This document shows positions 28,106-37,693 of a stretch of 64,000 nt of DNA, one piece after another; the stretch's first letter is position 1, and every line of letters begins with the position of its first letter. The position numbers were made by a program, and so were the translations under genes. Source of the stretch: Candidatus Bathyarchaeia archaeon (lineage in GTDB: Archaea > Thermoproteota > Bathyarchaeia > Bathyarchaeales > Bathycorpusculaceae); NCBI GenBank assembly GCA_049521795.1, contig JBEKOM010000002.1:1-64000 (forward strand). The letters are read 5' to 3'. Under the pieces are notes generated by a model. That model did no database searches. It saw only the letters and a list, made by a program, of their open reading frames with translations, and was not told the DNA's origin.

Positions 28106-29149
28106 GTGAGTGACGAGAGAATGAGGGCGGCGATGCTTTACGGCGTAAGAGATTTGAGAGTGGAAGACGTCGAAGTTCCGAAGGCCGGGGCTGGCGAGGT
28201 TCTTGTGAGAGTCAAAGCGGCTACAACGTGTGGCACAGACCTGAAGATCTTTCAGAGAGGCTACGTTGAGAACGTGATAAAGCTTCCAACGATCTTTGGT
28301 CACGAGTGGGCAGGTGAAGCTGTTGAGGTCGACGAGGGGCTCGAGTGGCCCAAGGAGGGCATGCGTGTGCGTGCCGGCAACAGCGCACCATGCTTGCACT
28401 GTGCGATGTGCCAGAAGGGCAAGTACAATCTTTGCGAGAACATGATTTGGCTCTGGGGAGCATACGCAGAGTACGTCAAGGTTCCAGCACGCATGGTTCT
28501 GGTGAACATGCAGGAGATCCCGGATGACATCTCATACGAAGAGGCCGCGATAACCGAGCCTCTGGCATGTGTTCTGCACGGCGTTGAGGAAGCAGGGGTC
28601 AGACTCGGCGACACAGTTGCGATCATAGGTGCTGGGCCAATAGGGCTGCTTCACCTTCTGACCGTGAAGAAGATGGGCGTTGAAAAGACAATAATTGTCG
28701 ACCTCGTAGATGAGAGACTGGAGTTTGCCAAGAAGCTAGGCGCCGATGAGACTGTCAACGGCCGAACAGAAAATGCAATACAAATAGTCAGGGACCTTAC
28801 AAGCGGGTACGGCGCCGACGTTGTAATCGAAGCAATAGGCCTGCCTGCAACTTGGGAGCAAGCATTGAAACTGGCCAAGAAAGGTGGAACTGTCCTCGAG
28901 TTTGGCGGCTGCCCTCCTGGCACAGAGGTCAAGGTCAACGCTGAACAGCTTCACTATGGCGAGTTGACGGTTTTAGGCACATTTCACACGACTCCTCTAC
29001 ATTTTAGAAGAGCTCTGAATCTAATAGCCTCAAGGACGATTGACGTGAGACCGCTCATAACGCGGAAGATGAGTCTTGAAAACATCAAGGAGGCTTTTCA
29101 GATTCTCTCAACCTCCAAAAGCGAAATAAAGATCGGAATCATCCCATGA
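28106..29149 (+). CDS. Zinc-dependent medium-chain dehydrogenase
   Basis: TTCGTD, GHE, CLHCAMC...C, GAGPIG. Confidence 0.92.
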   Translation: MSDERMRAAMLYGVRDLRVEDVEVPKAGAGEVLVRVKAATTCGTDLKIFQRGYVENVIKLPTIFGHEWAGEAVEVDEGLEWPKEGMRVRAGNSAPCLHCAMCQKGKYNLCENMIWLWGAYAEYVKVPARMVLVNMQEIPDDISYEEAAITEPLACVLHGVEEAGVRLGDTVAIIGAGPIGLLHLLTVKKMGVEKTIIVDLVDERLEFAKKLGADETVNGRTENAIQIVRDLTSGYGADVVIEAIGLPATWEQALKLAKKGGTVLEFGGCPPGTEVKVNAEQLHYGELTVLGTFHTTPLHFRRALNLIASRTIDVRPLITRKMSLENIKEAFQILSTSKSEIKIGIIP

Positions 29150-29153
29150 TCAA

Positions 29154-29588
29154 TTGATGGACAGTTCAAAGTCTGAAGTCGCAGGCTACATTCTCAGGAT
29201 AGCAACTGAACAATGGGTTGACCACGTTTTTGAAATGGCAATCTATTACACCAACATGAAAAGAAAGTGGAAGTCTGGACAGGCGATTCTGTTCATTCAC
29301 AAAACCCGAACTGGAGACGCTTTGGTCGGTCACGGCGTGGTTGACCACGTGGCCGAAGGGAGCACGTTATCCGAAGAGGACAGGCTCGAATGTGAAAAAG
29401 GCAGTTGGAAAAGGGCCATAGAGTTCAAGTACGTCAAGAGGTTTGAGAAACCGTTGCTAGTCAAGCAGACGTTCTTGAAGGACTCAAAACGTCATGGAAG
29501 ATTTTTTCACGGTCTAGAACTCAACAAAGAACAACTGGAACAGATCCTAGGCCTGGCTGAAGAAGGTCCACCTCACCAAAAGTCTTAA
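29154..29588 (+). CDS. EVE/PUA-like domain protein
   Basis: WKSGQAILFIH...ALVGHGVV...IEFKYVKRFEKPL pattern typical of EVE folds. Confidence 0.6.
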   Translation: MMDSSKSEVAGYILRIATEQWVDHVFEMAIYYTNMKRKWKSGQAILFIHKTRTGDALVGHGVVDHVAEGSTLSEEDRLECEKGSWKRAIEFKYVKRFEKPLLVKQTFLKDSKRHGRFFHGLELNKEQLEQILGLAEEGPPHQKS

Positions 29589-29626
29589 TACACATGATCC
29601 CTGAATGACTAGAACGGAGAAGCCTT

Positions 29627-29992
29627 ATGGTTTATTGTACAAAATGTGGCACCAAGAATCCTGACGATGCTAAGGTTTGCTCACAGTGCGGAGCTTCACT
29701 GTATGCAATTGGTGAACGCGAGGGACAGGGTCGAGTTGAGGATGAATGCTGGGGAACGCGCAGACAGGGCGAACCGTACAGGAGGATGCAGTACGAATGC
29801 TTCGGCATTCCAAGAGGCGGCGTAATCGTTGGGATAGCCATAGGCGCGATCATCTTACTCGCAGGTGTCATAGTGCTTATGCAACAGGCAGGCTTGATTT
29901 CCAACAGCGTCGGCGTTGGACCGTTTGCCCTCATAATCTTTGGAATACTGATAGTCATCGGCGCCCTTTACGGGCTGAGTCGTAGAAGATAG
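29627..29992 (+). CDS. Zinc-ribbon domain membrane protein
   Basis: YCTKCGTKNPDDAKVCSQCG plus two C-terminal TM helices. Confidence 0.88.
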   Translation: MVYCTKCGTKNPDDAKVCSQCGASLYAIGEREGQGRVEDECWGTRRQGEPYRRMQYECFGIPRGGVIVGIAIGAIILLAGVIVLMQQAGLISNSVGVGPFALIIFGILIVIGALYGLSRRR

Positions 29993-30011
29993 CGCCTCTA
30001 CTCTCTTTTTT

Positions 30012-30713
30012 TCATTTACATTGGTAGTTGCAAATCAAGCAGATTCTCGAATGATCCCACTGTGAAATGGCTATTCGCGTCATGATCCAAAACACGACTA
30101 GACCCATCATGTACAGGTCAACGAAGAAACTGCCTATGTGTTCATCGATTCCAATAACAATCAAAGAGCTTCCGAACACGAAAAAGGCATTCGCGGCAAG
30201 GCGGGCCCATCCCTTGAACGTGAACTGGATGAAGCCGACTAGAAGCCCAAGCTGTCCGATCATTACGTACGGAAGGCTGAACCCTGCTGTGGAAAATCCG
30301 AAGAAGAAGTAAGCAACAGTCATCGCAACAGCAAGAGAAGCTCCTGCGACTAAGCCCGTGCAAGCGGCGCAATACGAGGTGCTTCTGAACCGAATCGTAT
30401 GGGCTGAGAACCTTCCACAGCCCGGGTGATGTGTTTTGGAACCCACTGGGGAGGCGATTTTCGATTTCTGTACAGACTTCGCTTTGGGAACGTGAGTGTC
30501 GAACGACGTGGAGCATTTTCTCGGGAAAAGTGCAGCTGCGGTTCCTGCGGCGCATATCGCTATGAAGGTGGAGCCGATCAGCGGTTTTCGCAGGAAGAGA
30601 TCTGCCGGGACTTTCGGTGGATACGTCATCAGCAAGATCGTGGTTAACAGACCGAACAGCGAAACAAACAGAGCAAATTTCATCAGGAACGGAGGTCTTG
30701 TTTCAGTCTTCAT
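30012..30713 (-). CDS. Membrane protein with His/Cys motifs (DUF2085-like)
   Basis: ATGA overlap with the upstream radical SAM stop; HHPGC...H...YCAACTG; C-terminal CLIC; several TM helices. Confidence 0.75.
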   Translation of the reverse strand: MKTETRPPFLMKFALFVSLFGLLTTILLMTYPPKVPADLFLRKPLIGSTFIAICAAGTAAALFPRKCSTSFDTHVPKAKSVQKSKIASPVGSKTHHPGCGRFSAHTIRFRSTSYCAACTGLVAGASLAVAMTVAYFFFGFSTAGFSLPYVMIGQLGLLVGFIQFTFKGWARLAANAFFVFGSSLIVIGIDEHIGSFFVDLYMMGLVVFWIMTRIAISQWDHSRICLICNYQCK

Positions 30714-32149
30714 GGAGGAACTCCCAGGAACAGGCTCTTGAATTGTTCCAACAGTGCTCTGCCAGCCATGTACCTGAAGACCCTTCTTTTCAGCTGGTTG
30801 CTTGAGAACACCCCTCGTAGTTTTCTTTTCCAGGGGCCGTAGAACCTTCTGTAGCATTCGTAAAGCTGCTCCTGCAACTCGGCTCTTGACAGTGTTTCTG
30901 TCGGCATTATGGCGTGGACCATGTCGTAATGTGACCAGTTGAAGTCTTCGATCCACCCGTTTTCTCTTGCTTCCTCATAGACTTGAGTTCCTGGGAAAGG
31001 TGTCAGGATGCCGAACATGACAAGGTCTGGGTCAAGAGCGTTTGCGAATTCTCTCTGTTTTCTTATCGATTCGACGGTGTCCTTTCGTCCGCCGATTATG
31101 AGCATCACGTGTGCGAAGATGTCGTTTTCTTTGAGAAGCTTTACCGCTGTCTTTGCTTCTTCCGGGGTTATGCCCTTTTTGAACGCGCTCAACGTTGATG
31201 GTTCAGAGTTCTCAACGCCTAGAAGAACCCAGTTTAGACCAGACTTCCGCAGTTTCGGCAGGGCTTCCTTGTTTCTGACTATGTCATCACATCTTGCCTG
31301 CACAAACCAGGTTGCATCGTCGGGTACCCCTGTTTTGATGATCTCGTCAGCTAGGTCGTTGGCACGCGTGCCTGCGCCGAAGTTGTCGTCTGTCAACCAG
31401 ATGAACTTGCTGCCGAAGTTACTGTGACAGAATTCCATTTCGTCAGCAACGCGCTTCGGCGACTTCAGCCTCCACGTACCCTGCCAGTGCTTCCACTGCG
31501 TGCAGAAAGTGCATTCATGGGGGCATCCTCTTGAACCCTCAATCAGCGCGTAGGCCGCATCGCGTCCTGCCATCATTGCAAATTGATACTTACTGATTGT
31601 TTTTTGTACGAGGTGGTAGCCAGGATACGGCAATTCTTCCAAGTTCTCGATCAGCGGTCTGGGCTGATTATGGATGATTTTTTTTTGCTGTCTGAAAGAG
31701 ATGCCCATGATTTTCGGAAGATTCGATTTCTCTTTTGCCTTGGTTACGAGTTCAGCAAAGGTTCGTTCTCCTTCTCCTCGCACGATCACGTCTATCAAGG
31801 AGTATTCTTTCAGGCTTTCCTGAGCTGTTGCAGTGAAATGCTGGCCCCCGGTGACCGTGAGGATGTTTGGGTCCACCTTCTTGGCTGTTTCGAGGGTTCT
31901 GGCGACCGCGTACGTGTTGCAGGTGGCCAGCGAGCTGGATGCAACGATGTCAGGGCTGGACGCTTCGATCCGTTTCTCCATTCCACGCCAATCCGCATGT
32001 TCCGCATTGCAGTCGAGGATTTCGATTTCAACGTCCTTGACTTCCTTCTCGACGTAAGCGGCCAGTTGAATGATTCCATAGGGCGGTGGCACGTACTCGC
32101 CCATAACGAACCACATGTCTTTAGGCGGCTCAATGAACATGATTTTCAT
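30710..32149 (-). CDS. B12-binding domain radical SAM protein
   Basis: N-terminal PPYGIIQLAA...GGQH...RGEGE; SRGCPHECTFC; LTPFPGT. Confidence 0.93.
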   Translation of the reverse strand: MKIMFIEPPKDMWFVMGEYVPPPYGIIQLAAYVEKEVKDVEIEILDCNAEHADWRGMEKRIEASSPDIVASSSLATCNTYAVARTLETAKKVDPNILTVTGGQHFTATAQESLKEYSLIDVIVRGEGERTFAELVTKAKEKSNLPKIMGISFRQQKKIIHNQPRPLIENLEELPYPGYHLVQKTISKYQFAMMAGRDAAYALIEGSRGCPHECTFCTQWKHWQGTWRLKSPKRVADEMEFCHSNFGSKFIWLTDDNFGAGTRANDLADEIIKTGVPDDATWFVQARCDDIVRNKEALPKLRKSGLNWVLLGVENSEPSTLSAFKKGITPEEAKTAVKLLKENDIFAHVMLIIGGRKDTVESIRKQREFANALDPDLVMFGILTPFPGTQVYEEARENGWIEDFNWSHYDMVHAIMPTETLSRAELQEQLYECYRRFYGPWKRKLRGVFSSNQLKRRVFRYMAGRALLEQFKSLFLGVPP

Positions 32150-32372
32150 TCTAACCCTTCTTTACAAATGTTCGCACGATTTTCTTTTAAGGATGCTGAT
32201 TTAAGCTCGCTAACTGTAACAGGCGATAAGTCCTTGAGCTGTTTGGATGATTTGCTTCTTTCCACGTTTCTGGGTCTCTTCGTGCTTGACCACTCTGCGG
32301 AAACGCGTTAGACAAAAGAGTTTAAATCCTGACTTGAGCCTATTCGTTGTCTCATTGCAGAAGGGGGAGCAA

Positions 32373-33998
32373 GTGGTTAAGTACGTTTTTGTGACTGGTG
32401 GCGTTCTGAGCTCTGTTGGGAAGGGGATTTTGACTTCTTCTATCGGCAAGATTCTGCAGGCAAGAGGGCTCAAGGTCAACGTGATAAAGATTGATCCCTA
32501 CGTGAATGTTGACGCTGGAACGATGAACCCCTACATGCACGGTGAGGTCTACGTGACGGATGACGGCGGCGAGACGGACCTCGACTTGGGCTGGTACGAA
32601 CGCTTTCTTGACTTGAACCTGAAGATGGAGAACAACATCACAACGGGCCTTGTGTACAGGGCAGTGATCGAGAAAGAGAGGCGAGGTGACTTCCTCGGAA
32701 GATGTGTACAAATCGTGCCACACGTAACGAACGAGATAAAACATCGCATACGCGGGGTTGCAAAAGACTCAGGTGCCGATGTCGTCTTAACCGAAGTCGG
32801 AGGCACAGTGGGGGACATTGAAGGTCTACCCTTTCTTGAAGCGATCCGGCAGATGCGTCTGGAAGAGGGCTACGAGAACACCTTGTACGTGCACGTTGCC
32901 CTGGTTCCGATACTGGATGTCACGGGAGAAATGAAGACGAAACCGCTTCAGCACAGCGTGAACGAACTGCGGCGGATCGGTATACAGCCAGACACGATCG
33001 TTGCAAGAAGCCCTGAGATGATCGACTCAGAGGCCCTTGGAAAAATCGCCCTTTTCGGCACGATACCCGAAAACGCGGTCTTCTGTTCGTACAACGTGCC
33101 GTCTATTTATCAGGTTCCTCTCATACTGGACGAACAGGGCATGAGCGATTTCATCTGCAAACGGCTTGGGTTTTCAGAGCGATCACAGGATTTTAAGGAT
33201 TGGAGAAGCTTTGTGGACGCAGTGTTGAAGCCAGAGCACGAAGTGAAGATTGCCTTGGTAGGCAAGTACGCGAACCTTGCTGACAGCTACGTGAGCATGA
33301 GCGAAGCTATGAAACACGCTGGCGCAGCGTGCAAAAGCAGAGTGCGTGTTAATTATATTGAGGCTGAGAAGCTTGAGCAAAACCCTGACTGCGCGAAGAT
33401 GTTTGAAGGCGTTGATGGAATATTCGTGCCTTACGGCTTCGGTCCGCGAGGAACCGAAGGAAAGATAACGGCAATCAGGTTCGCAAGAGAGAACGACGTC
33501 CCCTTTCTCGGCATATGCTATGGTTTCCAGCTTGCAGTGATAGAGTTTGCCCGTGACGTCTGCGGGTTGACGGACGCGAACAGCACGGAGATCAACCCTA
33601 GCTCGACTCATCCGGTGATCGACCTGATGCCTGAACAGCGGGGAATAGAGCTTAAGGGAGCCACGATGCGGCTTGGTGCTCACAAAATAGTCGTCGAACC
33701 CAGCACGCTCGCACACTGCCTTTACAACAGCGAAGTTTACGAGCGACACCGTCACAGGTTCGAAGTCAACCTCGACTATTCCGAAGCTCTTCGAAAGAAC
33801 GGGCTGGTGTTCTCCGGAAAGAGCACAGACGCGCGAAGGATGGAGATTCTGGAGCTGCCTGATCACTTCTTCTTCTTCGCGTCACAGTTTCATGGAGAGT
33901 TCAAGAGTCGACCAGGAAGACCTGACCCAGAATACTACGGTTTCGTAAAAGCGTGCCTAGACAAAAAACAAGGCAGGCCGAAGCCGAAATTCAAGTAG
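32373..33998 (+). CDS. pyrG: CTP synthase
   Basis: KYVFVTGGVLSSVGKG, KIDPY, KTKPLQHS, GICYG, HRHRFE, QFHGE. Confidence 0.97.
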   Translation: MVKYVFVTGGVLSSVGKGILTSSIGKILQARGLKVNVIKIDPYVNVDAGTMNPYMHGEVYVTDDGGETDLDLGWYERFLDLNLKMENNITTGLVYRAVIEKERRGDFLGRCVQIVPHVTNEIKHRIRGVAKDSGADVVLTEVGGTVGDIEGLPFLEAIRQMRLEEGYENTLYVHVALVPILDVTGEMKTKPLQHSVNELRRIGIQPDTIVARSPEMIDSEALGKIALFGTIPENAVFCSYNVPSIYQVPLILDEQGMSDFICKRLGFSERSQDFKDWRSFVDAVLKPEHEVKIALVGKYANLADSYVSMSEAMKHAGAACKSRVRVNYIEAEKLEQNPDCAKMFEGVDGIFVPYGFGPRGTEGKITAIRFARENDVPFLGICYGFQLAVIEFARDVCGLTDANSTEINPSSTHPVIDLMPEQRGIELKGATMRLGAHKIVVEPSTLAHCLYNSEVYERHRHRFEVNLDYSEALRKNGLVFSGKSTDARRMEILELPDHFFFFASQFHGEFKSRPGRPDPEYYGFVKACLDKKQGRPKPKFK

Positions 33999-34016
33999 GC
34001 ATCGTGAAGCGCGTTG

Positions 34017-34445
34017 TCAATGGTTTGGAAACATCTTCTTGTGTTCCGCCATCATGCACCTGTTCATGACAACTTGTAAGCCTGCGGCTCTCGCAGTCGT
34101 TGCCGCTTGTTCGTTGACTATTCCAAGCTGCATCCAAACGACGTACGGCCTACCATAGCGCTCCTTCAGCTTAACCGCCTCTTCAACTATTGGCGGCACA
34201 TCCGCGGAGAGCCTGAAGATGTCCACGATGTCCAGCGTTCTCTGGATTTCAGGCGGAATGTCGAGCAGACTCTTGTAGCTTTTTTCACCTAGCACCTCGT
34301 CCGCGGTGGGGTTCACGGGAACAATGCGGAACCCTTGACTTTTCAAGTATTCAGCCACTCGGTGACTTTCCTTGGAGGGGTCGCGCGATAGCCCCACAAC
34401 AGCAACGATCTTGTACTTGGTGAGGATTTCCTTCGCGCTGTCCAT
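34017..34445 (-). CDS. CoA-binding protein (YccU-like)
   Basis: VAVVGLS, PVNP, DIVDIFR, WMQLG, NRC. Confidence 0.9.
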   Translation of the reverse strand: MDSAKEILTKYKIVAVVGLSRDPSKESHRVAEYLKSQGFRIVPVNPTADEVLGEKSYKSLLDIPPEIQRTLDIVDIFRLSADVPPIVEEAVKLKERYGRPYVVWMQLGIVNEQAATTARAAGLQVVMNRCMMAEHKKMFPNH

Positions 34446-34700
34446 GCTCAAACCCTCAACCTCCAAAGAGCCAATTGGTTGAAGGCTGCTCCTCGTACTT
34501 AAGGCATTCTTTTGGCGGTTTTGGATTGATTTGATAGACATGTCCTCTAATCTCTGATAATGATTGTGTTTTCATAACTGCTTTATTAGGCAACAGGTTC
34601 TTTGTTGAATGCTTGCCTTCCTGGGCAGCTCCAGAAATTGTGAACAAGTGGGATTACGATCACAACGAATACGCATCCTTCCAAGTTCAAACAAAGAGAA

Positions 34701-36806
34701 GTGCGCTCAGAGGAATATGCAGTAGTTCTTCTGTTTATTATCGCTGGCGCATCCGCATACGTAATAGATTCGGCAGTTGGTGCATTCATCAACCACGAGG
34801 GGACATTCTTTAATGTTCTGATCTCTATTTCGCTGGGCAACGTCTCTATGCGGCTGTACGTGCTGGCGTCTCTTGTTGTTCTCGGCATTTTCATTCACGG
34901 GTCTCTGGCCAACCGCAAGAAGAGCGAGGAAAGGCTTTCTGCGTTAAACTTCTACGGTGGAAAACTGAACACCGCGAAGGATGTTCAAGGAGTCTATGAA
35001 TTAACTGTAGACGCCATGGAGAAAACATTGGGTTTTGAATATGCTGCATTCATGGTTGCAGAAAGAAGCGCTCTTAAGGCGGTATGTTATCGCGGACGTT
35101 TTGAGCCACAAGTCTGTGAACTTCCTGTCGACGGGGCAAACAGTGTAACAGTGAGAGCGATGAAGACAGGTGCACCTATCCTTGTTCCAGACGTGAGTAA
35201 ATACAAGGAATACGTTGCAGGCTACCCCGGGATTCGGGCAGAGCTTGCTGTTCCGATCGCCGCAGACGACAAGATCCTAGGCGTTCTGAACGTCGAAAGC
35301 AGCAAACGAGGAGCATTCAGTGAGAAGGATGCGACTTTGCTTCAGGTCTTGGCTTCGCATGCTGGGACAGCGATCAGCAACCTCTTAAGACGAGGGGAAA
35401 TTGAGAAGCGCAGCGACCAAATGGCTTTGCTGTTGAAGAGTTCTGCTGAGATCATTCACTCCGCAAACTTGCGGCGACGTCTCCGAACGATTGCAGAGGC
35501 AATTAGAGACCTTGGTTGGCGAAGAGTCGTTATCTCCGTCAGAGATGAGAACATGGAGATGAGGACCCCCGATGACTTGGTAACCGTGGGCTTAACGGAC
35601 GAAGAGATAGAACACATGTGGAACAATAGATCGCCTGGAAGCGTCGTTCGTGAGAGTTTTGGGCCAGAGTATGAGCGTTGCAGAATCGGCGAATTCTACT
35701 ACTTGCCTTGGAGTGATCCTTGGGTTAGAGAAAGGCAGAGAAGCTCCGGCAACCTCGTTGAAAGCCACCTCCAAGCTGAAGACATGATTGATTGGGACCC
35801 ACAGGACATGTTATACGCTTCGCTACGATTGGCCGACGGCCGCATCGTAGGTCGAGTAGTCATGGATGATTCTATGGATGGGAGGAGACCCACTCTTGAA
35901 TCTTTGAGACCTCTGGAACTTTTCCTAAGCCAGGCGGCAGTGGCCGTCGAAAATGCTCAGCTGATTCAGCAGTTGAACGATGCCGGAGCCAAACTTGAAG
36001 AATATGCAGACCATCTCGAAGCGAAGGTTGAGGAGAGGACGCGAGAGTTGAAAGAAGCTCAAAATCGACTTCTCAAGTCCGAGAGACTCGCAGCGATCGG
36101 TGAGCTGGCTGGGATGGTTGGACATGACCTGCGCAATCCATTGACTGGCATAACGGGTGCAGCCTATTACCTGAAGAGCAAAGTGACTGAGATGATGAAT
36201 GGCAAGGCAAGGGAGATGCTCGAAATCATCGAGAAAGACATTGCGTATTCGAATAAGATCATCAACGATCTCCTGGACTATTCAAGAGAAATCAAGCTTG
36301 AACTGGTTGAAAGCAGCCCTAAGGCGGTGGTAGAAGAGGCTTTGTCTCTTGTAAGAATTCCGAGAAACGTGAAGGTCTTGGATTTGACGGAGAACGAGCC
36401 GAAGGTAGAAGTTGACGTTGACAAGCTGAAAAGAGCCTTTGTCAACATAATAAAGAACGCTGTGGAAGCCATGCCGAAGGGAGGAAGACTGACAATAAGA
36501 AACAAAACGTCCACTAATGACTGCGAAATTGCTTTTTCAGACACTGGAACGGGCATTACGGATCATACGCTGCAAAACATGTGGTCACCGTTGTACACGA
36601 CAAAGGCGAAGGGCATGGGCTTCGGCCTGCCCATATGCAAACGACTCGTGGAGGCACACGGAGGCAAGATCGCTGTGGAAACCGCTTTGGCAAAGGGAAC
36701 GACTTTCACGGTAAGCATTCCCATCCACCAGCCGAAGCAAGAAGAGAGTTGCACGTTCGTACCAGAGCCTTCGTTGCAGACGATGGCAAACGAGTACCAA
36801 AAGTAA
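34701..36806 (+). CDS. Membrane GAF-domain sensor histidine kinase
   Basis: N-terminal TM helices, two GAF-like segments, H-box GHDLRNPL, N-box KNAVEAM, DTGTG, GMGFGL. Confidence 0.92.
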   Translation: MRSEEYAVVLLFIIAGASAYVIDSAVGAFINHEGTFFNVLISISLGNVSMRLYVLASLVVLGIFIHGSLANRKKSEERLSALNFYGGKLNTAKDVQGVYELTVDAMEKTLGFEYAAFMVAERSALKAVCYRGRFEPQVCELPVDGANSVTVRAMKTGAPILVPDVSKYKEYVAGYPGIRAELAVPIAADDKILGVLNVESSKRGAFSEKDATLLQVLASHAGTAISNLLRRGEIEKRSDQMALLLKSSAEIIHSANLRRRLRTIAEAIRDLGWRRVVISVRDENMEMRTPDDLVTVGLTDEEIEHMWNNRSPGSVVRESFGPEYERCRIGEFYYLPWSDPWVRERQRSSGNLVESHLQAEDMIDWDPQDMLYASLRLADGRIVGRVVMDDSMDGRRPTLESLRPLELFLSQAAVAVENAQLIQQLNDAGAKLEEYADHLEAKVEERTRELKEAQNRLLKSERLAAIGELAGMVGHDLRNPLTGITGAAYYLKSKVTEMMNGKAREMLEIIEKDIAYSNKIINDLLDYSREIKLELVESSPKAVVEEALSLVRIPRNVKVLDLTENEPKVEVDVDKLKRAFVNIIKNAVEAMPKGGRLTIRNKTSTNDCEIAFSDTGTGITDHTLQNMWSPLYTTKAKGMGFGLPICKRLVEAHGGKIAVETALAKGTTFTVSIPIHQPKQEESCTFVPEPSLQTMANEYQK

Positions 36807-37028
36807 GTTACATTTGAAGCGTTCTAGCGTCATACTGCCTCTTGGGAAACGATTCTTGTGCCTCGGTTTGTTCCTTCAATGTTCATTAACAGCTCGCCGA
36901 CCGTTCGCCTTGTTTGAACTTTTGGAAGCAATACCGAGCAAATGCGCAAAGATCCCTCTTCGAGGAGCAATGTTTCAGTCGGATGCTTTGACTCCGCTTA
37001 CCATATAAGCTGCTGGCTGTTCTGACTC

Positions 37029-37556
37029 TTGCCGAGGAATGGTTTGAAGAGCGAGGGAGATCCATCCTCAGTTGAACAATATCGCAGCCGATTGGACAAA
37101 GCTGCTAGCTACGGTGAGGTCTGGGAAATCGTCAAGGACACCGTGGAGTTTACCTTACACAGGCGGAGAGGCAGCATGATGCTTTTTCTGGATGACTTGC
37201 CGATTCAGCTCGGCGCCTATCACTCGCTGGGGACCAACAACATCGTCTTGAACAGAGTCCTGGTGCAGATCGTGGAAGCAGCGATTGAAAGCAAGAGAGT
37301 GGTTAACGCCTTGGTGTACAACTTGTTGCTGCACGAATACTTGCACGCTCTTGGTGAAGTCTCTGAGGCCGGCGTCAGAGGGCTCGTTATTGAGGTGTGC
37401 AGAAAATCCTTCGGTCAAGATTACGTTGCAACCCGCATAGCAGTTAAGACTCCTTGGGCCCTCCTTAGTGGGATACCTTTTGACAGCGTAACCGTTCCTA
37501 AACGAGTCATGGAAATCGTGAAGGACTTCGAGAAGCCCGACAAGTACATCGTCTAA
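37029..37556 (+). CDS. Hypothetical HExxH (zincin-like) protein
   Basis: LGAYH...IVLNR...LLHEYLHALG. Confidence 0.75.
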   Translation: MPRNGLKSEGDPSSVEQYRSRLDKAASYGEVWEIVKDTVEFTLHRRRGSMMLFLDDLPIQLGAYHSLGTNNIVLNRVLVQIVEAAIESKRVVNALVYNLLLHEYLHALGEVSEAGVRGLVIEVCRKSFGQDYVATRIAVKTPWALLSGIPFDSVTVPKRVMEIVKDFEKPDKYIV

Positions 37557-37693
37557 GGCCCTGCCCGTGGGTTTTCCTTATGAGCCAGTGCTACTTGTGC
37601 GAACTAAAGTTCGTCCAGATTCGGCACATCGTTGAGCCGGGATTGGACGCGAAAAGTGAAAAGGACCGTGGCATCGTGCTTCTTTGAACAAGA

